The notes under the pieces are model-generated. The model was given only the letters and a program-made list of their open reading frames with translations. It ran no database searches and was not told the DNA's origin. From an uncultured archaeon (GTDB lineage Archaea > Asgardarchaeota > Lokiarchaeia > Sigyniarchaeales > SOKP01), in the NCBI GenBank assembly GCA_964525635.1, contig CAZGJX010000046.1, positions 2,478-29,936 on the forward strand: a stretch of DNA of 27,459 nt, read 5' to 3'. How positions within the stretch are numbered: the first letter of the stretch is position 1; each line of letters starts with the position of its first letter. This document shows, piece after piece, positions 1-7,661 of this stretch. The translations under genes and the position numbers were made by a program.

Positions 1-571
1 TATGATCCTCGGAGAATTGGTATAAATGTTTAAATTCATCATACTCCGTGTTATTTTGAAATTTAGAATAAATTTTTTTTCCCAGATTATTATATAGTAT
101 CCTCACTTCTCCAATCTCCATTTGATGAGGATCTTTTTCTACTGACATTACTGCTTTAACAAAACCATTACCATATACAGGTCTTTTTAATATATATTGA
201 TGTTCTTGTTTTTTTTGATATCTAAATTCTCCAAAAGCTATACAACATTTCGTAAGAAATGAAACATTTCCCCATTTAGGTTCTGGGATAATATATTTAG
301 TATTCAATTGTTTTATAAATTTCAATAATTTATTTAATGTTTTAAATAGTAGTCCTTCATTTTCTTTTGGTATATCCTTCCGATAAAATAAAATCCCTGA
401 ATCTGAAAAAAAAATCCCATAAATTTTACTTGATTTTTCTAATTCATGATAGGCATTATCCATAAATTTATTTAATACATTTAGACCATTCTCTTCTTTC
501 ATAAAATTTTTGAATCCCGATATATCAAAATATGCGATCCAAGTATTACCTTCAAATAACTCAATTGTAAT
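1..571 (-). CDS. Class III nucleotidyl cyclase-like protein (partial, runs off left edge); probable ATT start
   Basis: Not in the ORF track. Manual translation of the - strand is open from 571 to the edge: ITIELFEGNTWIAYFDISGFKNFMKEENG...IFFSDSGILF...KCCIAFGEF...VYGNGFVKAVMSVE. F-D-I-x-G-F, S-D-S and IAxG motifs match the adenylate/guanylate cyclase fold. AGGTGG SD lies 6 nt upstream of the ATT at 571, with an in-frame TAA at 598-596. Confidence 0.65.
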   Translation of the reverse strand, partial: MTIELFEGNTWIAYFDISGFKNFMKEENGLNVLNKFMDNAYHELEKSSKIYGIFFSDSGILFYRKDIPKENEGLLFKTLNKLLKFIKQLNTKYIIPEPKWGNVSFLTKCCIAFGEFRYQKKQEHQYILKRPVYGNGFVKAVMSVEKDPHQMEIGEVRILYNNLGKKIYSKFQNNTEYDEFKHLYQFSEDH

Positions 572-675
572 AAAATACCACCTTTTTTCAATATATTACA
601 AATTTATAGTCAATTTTAATAATATTCTCAGAATAATTTTATCCCCATTTCACTAATTTTTTATGAATATTAACG

Positions 676-1545
676 CTAATCAAAAATTTCATCTAATCTA
701 TCACACATTTGACCACAAAATTGACACCCTAAATAGTCAATATTTCGGGTTATTTGTTTGACAGAAGATTTACTTAAATTTTTAGAAATTTGTATCTGTG
801 ATTTAATTTTATCTAATTTTTTCTTAATTGTTAAATTTACTGGTTTTATAGGATTTTCACGATCACATTCTGGATGAGAATGCCATAATTCTAAATTTAA
901 ATCAATATTATCAGGAATGAGCTTTCTTGATAATTCACCATAAATTTTTAGTTGATCTAAATGACTTTTATATTCCCTTTTACCTGTTTTTAATTCAATT
1001 AATGTTATTGAAGAAAAACTATTATAAGAAATCATATCAATTTTTCCTTGTAGATAAATATTTGATTCTAATCTAGTTTTTATTGTAAGTTCATTATCAA
1101 TTAAAGTAGAGTAATAATTCCCATTTTTATCTAATTTTATTAATTTTTGAGAAATTTCTGCTAAAATTTCTAGTTGGGGTTCAATTAATTCTATAATTTC
1201 TTGTGCAGTATATGTCTCCAATAATGTATCCACATCTTCATAATTTAATTCTAATTCTTGTAATAGGGCAGAAATCTCATAAAATCTTTCTTTTAATACT
1301 TCATAGATAGCATTTTTAATTGATGATCTTTTCCGTACAATATAAAACAAGATTTTATCAAAAGATTTTTTAAAGGTATCTTGGATCAAAATATGAATTA
1401 ATCTTCCTACTATCATTGAATAACGCCATCTAGTAGGTTTTTCTAAGTCAATCCTTTTTTTTTTTACCCAAAATAAAATTGGGAATTTCCTTTCACATCT
1501 AAAATCATTAACTTCAGTAACTCCTATTTTTATGTTAAAATTCAT
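676..1545 (-). CDS. Cas4-like PD-(D/E)XK nuclease with 4-Cys Fe-S staple
   Basis: N-terminal FRCERK Cys, GRLIH, LQGKIDMI, IELKTG, QLKIYG and C-terminal CQFCGQMC give the Cas4/AddB motif order. ATGA overlap with the upstream Ago gene. Confidence 0.85.
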   Translation of the reverse strand: MNFNIKIGVTEVNDFRCERKFPILFWVKKKRIDLEKPTRWRYSMIVGRLIHILIQDTFKKSFDKILFYIVRKRSSIKNAIYEVLKERFYEISALLQELELNYEDVDTLLETYTAQEIIELIEPQLEILAEISQKLIKLDKNGNYYSTLIDNELTIKTRLESNIYLQGKIDMISYNSFSSITLIELKTGKREYKSHLDQLKIYGELSRKLIPDNIDLNLELWHSHPECDRENPIKPVNLTIKKKLDKIKSQIQISKNLSKSSVKQITRNIDYLGCQFCGQMCDRLDEIFD

Positions 1546-3440
1546 AATAAAAACCTTTGATATTCTTGATTTAAAATTGATATAATTGGTATATTAAAAA
1601 TATTCAATATTTGATATAACTCTATTGGTAAATTTGGTTTTATTAAACTTGTAGGATGTAAAAATGAATGAGAGAAAAATGAATTTAAGATATTGTAAAT
1701 AGTTGAATCATCCTTTGAATTAATTTTAATTAATATTGGATTTGGTATCCCTTTTTTTGGATTATCTGGATATCCATTAGATATAAGGCAAATGTTTGTA
1801 TATTCATTATCTTTTGAGATAATAAAATAAGAACCATTTTTAGGTATTTGAATATTATCATCAGATACTTTAAATATTTTAAATGGAATATCAAGTACTT
1901 CAGTAACATAAATATCCTGTATCTTTTCTATAGCATTATTGATATATGTTTTCAAATCTAAATTGTTTTTATAAACAATTATTAAATTTTTATTTTGTAC
2001 TTGTTTTTTTATCTTTGTTATTTCATTAAATATAAATTCACTTACCTTTTCTTTTATGAAAGTATTATTATTATAAGTAAGAGGTAGTAGAGAATTATTA
2101 ACAATATGTTTTTGGTCTATTAAAACAGATGAAAATATACAACAATATCCTAAATCAAAGTGTTTTGATATATTAAAACTAATTAAGATATTATTATCAT
2201 TTTGAATTTTTAAATAATTTCTATAGCTTATTCTAAATTTTAAAGACAAATATATTAAGATAAATTGGATTTCATATTCCTCGGACTCCGAAATAGTTTT
2301 TAATGTTAATACTTTATGGGGTAAAGAAAATCTTTGTTTAATTTCATCATAAATACTTTGAGAACCCATTTCTAAATTATTTAGTATAAAAAGTGAATTT
2401 ATATCTGAATTCGTATCAAATTCTAAATTATTATCATCAAATTTTTTCCCTATATTAAAATTTAGTTTTAAATCTTCAATTGAAATCACATTAAAATATT
2501 GTTTTATATGATCTAAAAAATTGTTGAGAATCTTTTTATCCTTATTTTTTAATTCTATAGTTTTATCAATTATAATTCTTATTGATAACTTCTCTTTCAT
2601 TTGAGTTAATATTTCTTCTTTTAAAAGATCTGAAAATGATTTTTCTCCATTAAGAATAATTGATTGAAGATTTGGATAACTAAGTTTTTTTTCTTGAATA
2701 ATTATCTTAGATTTAATTATATTTACATAGTTATCATTAACTAATAAACTTTCAATTAATATTGATATTTTATTTAGTCTATCTTGGAATTTTTCTATAG
2801 TATAACAATAAACATCTTCCCATTTTTTATTTATCTTTTCCATAATATACTCATTTTGAGGAAAATTTAAAATTGAGTCGTGTATTTCATAACGTGGGAT
2901 ATAAGTCAATATAAATTCTTCATTTTCATAATCTATAACGCCGAATTCTTCCGCTTCACATAATTCATATCTTGTTCTATAAGGAAAATCTGAATCTATG
3001 GAATCTATAGGTTCACCTCTTTTACTTATTCTACCTTTTGAGTATTTTTTTAAACAACTTCTAACCTCTTTAGCAGGTAAATAAATGCCATTGGAATTTT
3101 TAACAATTAAAAATTCTATATATAATTTTAAGAATAAATCAATAGACCTCAATTGATGAATAGACCATGGTTCAGAGATTTCATCTTTAATAATTATCAA
3201 ATTTGAACTAATCAAAAAAGAAAATTCATTTACATCATCTATATCTCTAAATATAATTCCAAAGTCCTCATTTTCATCTTGAAATATTGAAAAGGGAATA
3301 TTTATTGTATATTCTCCACTAGTTATATAATATCTCAATGAATCAATACTCATGGGATAATCCAGAGAAATCTTATATCTTCTTATATTTTCTTTTTTTA
3401 TTTTTAATTTCCATCCAGGTATCCAAATCAAGTTTATCAC
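1542..3440 (-). CDS. ago: Divergent, catalytically inactive prokaryotic Argonaute (Ago-B; MID-PIWI with reduced N-lobe)
   Basis: MID-like IYDEIK...LPHKVL...YLSLKFR; PIWI strand ILISFNIS (D to N); PKNGSYFII, LISNGYP..KGIPNPILI, SFLHPTSLIKPNLPIELY; hydrophobic C-terminus RFLL. GTG start overlaps the TAG of the upstream gene by 1 nt. Confidence 0.7.
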   Translation of the reverse strand: MINLIWIPGWKLKIKKENIRRYKISLDYPMSIDSLRYYITSGEYTINIPFSIFQDENEDFGIIFRDIDDVNEFSFLISSNLIIIKDEISEPWSIHQLRSIDLFLKLYIEFLIVKNSNGIYLPAKEVRSCLKKYSKGRISKRGEPIDSIDSDFPYRTRYELCEAEEFGVIDYENEEFILTYIPRYEIHDSILNFPQNEYIMEKINKKWEDVYCYTIEKFQDRLNKISILIESLLVNDNYVNIIKSKIIIQEKKLSYPNLQSIILNGEKSFSDLLKEEILTQMKEKLSIRIIIDKTIELKNKDKKILNNFLDHIKQYFNVISIEDLKLNFNIGKKFDDNNLEFDTNSDINSLFILNNLEMGSQSIYDEIKQRFSLPHKVLTLKTISESEEYEIQFILIYLSLKFRISYRNYLKIQNDNNILISFNISKHFDLGYCCIFSSVLIDQKHIVNNSLLPLTYNNNTFIKEKVSEFIFNEITKIKKQVQNKNLIIVYKNNLDLKTYINNAIEKIQDIYVTEVLDIPFKIFKVSDDNIQIPKNGSYFIISKDNEYTNICLISNGYPDNPKKGIPNPILIKINSKDDSTIYNILNSFFSHSFLHPTSLIKPNLPIELYQILNIFNIPIISILNQEYQRFLL

Positions 3441-5677
3441 TAAATAAAAATAGGTAAATTTGTTTCAATTTCTTTTATATTTGTGTTGATGAGATTATTC
3501 ATTAGATGTCTAACTGCATGTACAGGAAGCGGTAAAGTTATTCGAAATTGAGAATAACCAGTATAACATTGCGTTAAATCAAAAAGATTTTGTAACATCT
3601 CATCAAAATCAAAATCATACGATGATTCCTTCTTAACAACTTTAGTTGGTTGACATGTTCCCTGATAATTTTTGAATGATATAAAATATGCCTCATAGTT
3701 ATCTAAAATAATACAATCTCCAATTTTTGTTGGTGCTATTTTTCCATTTTTTTCAAAATAGATTCGGACTATTTTATTCTGATGTATTTCAAAAATAGAA
3801 AAATCTAAGTTATTTTTTTTGAAAGATTTTAGAAAAATATTTTTATCATCATCAAAAATATTTCCTAAAAACATACAATTTAAGGAATTATCAGAATCTA
3901 ATTTTATAATTTTATTTAAAATATTTATCAATTTAGTTTCAAATTCATTAATTTTACTTTTAAAGTAATATATTTTAATTAAAATTCCAATATTAGAGTA
4001 AATCGCTATTGATAATGCCTTTTCATCAGATTCTATATTTGAATGAATATTAATACCAAGATATAATTGATTTTTTCTCTCTTTTTTATCTAATCGCCAT
4101 GCTGTATATCCTGATTTAGCATATATACCTAAAAAAATATTTCTAAAATAATTAGTTATATTTTTATTATAACTTCTCATAAAAGTTGCGAAGTTTATTC
4201 CTTGAGTAGGAATCAATTTAGATTTATTATATAAATAGCTTTTTAGCTCTTTAACTGAGCTAATATTTTCTTTATTTAAATTTCCATAAACAAAAACAAT
4301 TATATCAATATTATTATTTTGAAGGAAAGTTTTTAAAGTCTCTAATTTAAATCCAATGTTACAAGGTGTATTAATTTCTTTTATATCAATATTTTTGAAA
4401 CTAAACATATTAGAGAAACATACTCTAAATTTTTGCGTATTTCTAAGAGCATCTTTAACTAAAGTAAAATCTGATCTATCAAAATCTCCAATATAAAGAA
4501 TACCTATAGAAATTGATTCATGAGTTTTTTCATTATAATCCCAAGATTTATATTTTTGTATTTCTAAAGCAGGAACCATAGATAAATTTCCATTATATAA
4601 TTCCAACGGAGTTTTTTTAAAATTTATTTTTCGACCTATAGATTCCTTTCTTTGTAGATAAAAAGGATTTGAAGATCTAAATTTAAGATTTGTAACAAAA
4701 ATATCCTTAAGAATTAATGCATAATCAAGAGATATTTTAAATCGAGATACGGGATCCAAAACAATTTCATCCATAATTTTTGGTCTATCTTTAGCATCAA
4801 TTCTTTCGAATCTTGGTTGAGGTCTTAATCTTTCAGGAGGAAAATCATAAGGTTTGTTAGAAATCTCTATTTTTATTGTTTTTAAATTGGGGTCTAAATG
4901 GTTTCCTAATATCTGCTTAAAGCATATTTTTTTTTTGTTATGATATTGAATTAAATTTTCACCAGAGATTGAAATTTCTTCACTTGTTTTTATATTTTCA
5001 TTTTTAAAGATTAATCCTGAAGAGGGTATAGAAAGTTTACAACTACTAAAAGAATTGGACTTTTCACTACATTTTTCTACTGGACAATAGTCAACTAAAT
5101 ACTTATTTTTTGATTGTTTTATCATTTCCAATAAATCTCTATTCCTTAAAGTATCTGTGTAAAATAATTTTACACGTGAGTCAATAAATAATCCAATTTT
5201 ACCATCAGAGAATAATCTTGGAGAAAAAACAAATCCCCTTTTTAATTCAATTTCACGACTTTTATATAAATATTCTTCAAATTTTAGAACTTCATATACA
5301 TGCCTTTTTACTTTTTCAGAAACTTTCCAAGTTTCTGAAGGATCATTCATAAGAAAATTGATTACTATAGATCCAATTAATTTTTCAATAAATTTTGTAT
5401 GTTCAGGATTGGTATAATTAAGTAATATTCTAACCTCTGACTGATAATTCTTCTCAAACTCTTCATTTGTTGTTTTTATATTATCACTTGAATAAATATC
5501 CTTTCCAATATGGAATATTGCTATTCTTTTATTATTTCTTCGTAGTTCTCTTACAATAAATCCAACATCGTTAAATTCTATATTCACATCTTCTAACGGA
5601 GAATATTTAACAATTTCTAAATTCTCACATAAAGGATTTTTATCAAATTCAAGAAAATTTAAAAGAATTCCTGTCAT
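3440..5677 (-). CDS. ago: Long prokaryotic Argonaute (Ago-A; N-L1-PAZ-L2-MID-PIWI), catalytically inactive
   Basis: N-terminal LLNF; L1 RGFVFSPRLFSDGKIGLFIDSRVK; PAZ LIQYH...YDFPPERL; MID ELK...IPTQGI...NIFLGIYAKSG..AWRL; PIWI LYLGINI, GDCIIL, QGTCQP, LFDLT...LPLPVH; C-terminal PIFI. The DEDX tetrad is absent. Confidence 0.9.
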   Translation of the reverse strand: MTGILLNFLEFDKNPLCENLEIVKYSPLEDVNIEFNDVGFIVRELRRNNKRIAIFHIGKDIYSSDNIKTTNEEFEKNYQSEVRILLNYTNPEHTKFIEKLIGSIVINFLMNDPSETWKVSEKVKRHVYEVLKFEEYLYKSREIELKRGFVFSPRLFSDGKIGLFIDSRVKLFYTDTLRNRDLLEMIKQSKNKYLVDYCPVEKCSEKSNSFSSCKLSIPSSGLIFKNENIKTSEEISISGENLIQYHNKKKICFKQILGNHLDPNLKTIKIEISNKPYDFPPERLRPQPRFERIDAKDRPKIMDEIVLDPVSRFKISLDYALILKDIFVTNLKFRSSNPFYLQRKESIGRKINFKKTPLELYNGNLSMVPALEIQKYKSWDYNEKTHESISIGILYIGDFDRSDFTLVKDALRNTQKFRVCFSNMFSFKNIDIKEINTPCNIGFKLETLKTFLQNNNIDIIVFVYGNLNKENISSVKELKSYLYNKSKLIPTQGINFATFMRSYNKNITNYFRNIFLGIYAKSGYTAWRLDKKERKNQLYLGINIHSNIESDEKALSIAIYSNIGILIKIYYFKSKINEFETKLINILNKIIKLDSDNSLNCMFLGNIFDDDKNIFLKSFKKNNLDFSIFEIHQNKIVRIYFEKNGKIAPTKIGDCIILDNYEAYFISFKNYQGTCQPTKVVKKESSYDFDFDEMLQNLFDLTQCYTGYSQFRITLPLPVHAVRHLMNNLINTNIKEIETNLPIFI

Positions 5678-5678
5678 T

Positions 5679-6383
5679 TTATTTACTCTTTGAAAATTTA
5701 ATATTTGTTATGTTAAAATTAATTGTATTTTTATATATATCATAAAAGATATTTTGAATTAGATTATAACAATAATAAAATCCACATATTTGAGGAAAAA
5801 TTAACATTTTTTTTCTTTTTATTTCACTTTGTCCATCTGAAAAATCTAAAAACTTAAAAAAGTTACGATTATTTGGTTGAATACTTGAGATAATTCTAAT
5901 TAAATTATAATTAACTTGAAGAGAAACATGAACAAAATCAGAATAGATCTCAATATTTATGAGACTATTTTCTCTTATATTTATATTGTATTTATATAGA
6001 ATTTTATCAATTTTTTTATTTAAATGATCTTGAATTTCTTCGGGATGAAATTCATTTTCATGAATGTTCAAACTAAAAATTCCAATTATATTCCATTCAA
6101 AATCTCCTTTCAGATGATCTAACCCTCTTATTAATTGGTTTTCGATTATTAATTCTGGTTCAATAGATAGTTTTTTAGCCCATATAAAATCATTTTTAAT
6201 TTCTATCAAACCCTTTTCTTTCATTTCTTTAAGTTTTTTAGAAATATCATCTTTAGATAATAATCCACTTTCATCAAAAGATTCCTCTGAAAATTTTTGA
6301 ATATAAAAATCATAAAAATCAATGAATTCTCCAACTTCTAGAGAACTTAAATATTTTTTTAAAATTTCTTCTAAAATTATCAT
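5679..6383 (-). CDS. Hypothetical Ago-operon protein with probable N-terminal winged-helix domain
   Basis: 234-aa ORF coupled to both neighbours (ATGA overlap, 1-nt gap). SKDDISKKLKEMKEKGLIEIKNDFIW resembles a wHTH recognition helix plus wing. C-terminal part not recognised. Confidence 0.55.
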   Translation of the reverse strand: MIILEEILKKYLSSLEVGEFIDFYDFYIQKFSEESFDESGLLSKDDISKKLKEMKEKGLIEIKNDFIWAKKLSIEPELIIENQLIRGLDHLKGDFEWNIIGIFSLNIHENEFHPEEIQDHLNKKIDKILYKYNINIRENSLINIEIYSDFVHVSLQVNYNLIRIISSIQPNNRNFFKFLDFSDGQSEIKRKKMLIFPQICGFYYCYNLIQNIFYDIYKNTINFNITNIKFSKSK

Positions 6384-7477
6384 ATTTTATCAAATATCAA
6401 TTCTTCAAAATATTGTTTAAATTTCAACTTTTCATTTGAATTGAAAAAGTTCTTCATATCCAAACCATCTAAATTTAAAAATTTTCCTCTAAATATTAAT
6501 ATAAAAGTATTATTTTCTTCTTTTATTAATTCATTTAAATGATTTAAATCTGATTGAAGTTCTCTTGTAATTTTTCTATCAATTAAATAAAAATAATAAC
6601 TTTTATCAAAAATATCTATTTTTAAAGGGATTTTAAATATATTATCTTTTTTTTTATATTCTATATTTATCATAACTTGGTCAATTTTTTCAATAAATTG
6701 CTCGAGACATGTTATGACTATCTCGAAATCATTTGATAACTCCTCTCTTATGTTTTTATTCTCATTGGTTTTGTAAAACATTACAACTTTATTTAAATCA
6801 ATTTTATATAAAGTGCGTGATTTTATTGTTTTTCCTTCAGATTTTTTAGTGATGATTCTGAGAATCTCACCGAGGATTTTCGATGAAATATTTTTATCAA
6901 CATTAAATTTTTTTTCTATTTTCTTTAAGCTTTCTTCTTCAATACCTTCTGTAGTGCTATCAAGATTTCTAGAGGGATAAAAATAGGGTGTTAATTCTAA
7001 GGATTTTAAAAAATCGAAAAATCTAACTCTATTTTTTTTGTTTATAAGATAATTTAATTTTTGAAATTCAGCATCTCTCTCTTTATTTTTATTTTTTTTT
7101 AAAAAAATTACAAAATCTCTAATATCAGAATTAAATGCTTGATTTGTTATAAAAGAAAATTTAAAGTCTAGTTTTTTTACTGGATCTAAATTCAATTTTT
7201 TATATATTTTCTCCCGATCTTTTGAAAAAATCTCAAATAAATGATCTATTGTATCCTTGATCCCGTTTAATTTCCAATGTCCATCATCTTTTTTTTTAAT
7301 TTGTCTAAATATAATATAATTCTCAAATATGCAGTTAATATCCTCAATGACATTGCTAGGACTTTCTATTATTATAAATCTAAAATCTTTTTTATCAAGA
7401 TTTTCCATTAAAGATAAAAACACGCAATAATCTTGATAATTGTATCCTCTCTTACTTTCTGTTCCACTCGATGGAAT
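6380..7477 (-). CDS. Cap4/DUF4297/Mrr-like dsDNA endonuclease domain protein (start extended 18 codons to ATT 7477)
   Basis: The ORF track starts at GTG 7423, but the frame stays open to 7477: IPSSGTESKRGYNYQDYCVF. The SG..S..GY.YQD motif followed by E....ED and RQIKK is the Cap4/LmuA-type nuclease signature. AAGGT SD-like site upstream; in-frame TAG at 7480-7478. Confidence 0.75.
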   Translation of the reverse strand: MPSSGTESKRGYNYQDYCVFLSLMENLDKKDFRFIIIESPSNVIEDINCIFENYIIFRQIKKKDDGHWKLNGIKDTIDHLFEIFSKDREKIYKKLNLDPVKKLDFKFSFITNQAFNSDIRDFVIFLKKNKNKERDAEFQKLNYLINKKNRVRFFDFLKSLELTPYFYPSRNLDSTTEGIEEESLKKIEKKFNVDKNISSKILGEILRIITKKSEGKTIKSRTLYKIDLNKVVMFYKTNENKNIREELSNDFEIVITCLEQFIEKIDQVMINIEYKKKDNIFKIPLKIDIFDKSYYFYLIDRKITRELQSDLNHLNELIKEENNTFILIFRGKFLNLDGLDMKNFFNSNEKLKFKQYFEELIFDKI

Positions 7478-7661
7478 CTAAATGACCTTTTTTAATGAGT
7501 ATTTATTTTTTATCTAATTTGTCTAATATTATATTATTAAATTAGTTTTAAATATTATATCTCTAAATTTTTATTGATTTTATTAAATTAATGGTCTGAT
7601 ATCCTTTAAAAATGAATGATTTGATATTATATTAATTCACCTATTATTATAAAATCTCAGA
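7478..7661. promoter_or_regulatory. Divergent promoter region shared by the Ago operon and tnsAB
   Basis: 184-bp extremely AT-rich gap between head-to-head operons. Individual TATA boxes cannot be singled out. Confidence 0.5.

Noticed and set aside
676-1545. Calling this gene cas4 of a CRISPR-Cas locus
   Set aside because: No cas1/cas2 or array in the window, and the protein is longer than adaptation Cas4 and coupled to Ago genes.
7500-7640. TGTCTAATATT at 7520 and three ATATTATAT copies as a transposon end upstream of tnsAB
   Set aside because: Low complexity and no match to either site consensus at 25290-25530. Not fully excluded; if real, it would place the Ago operon outside the element.
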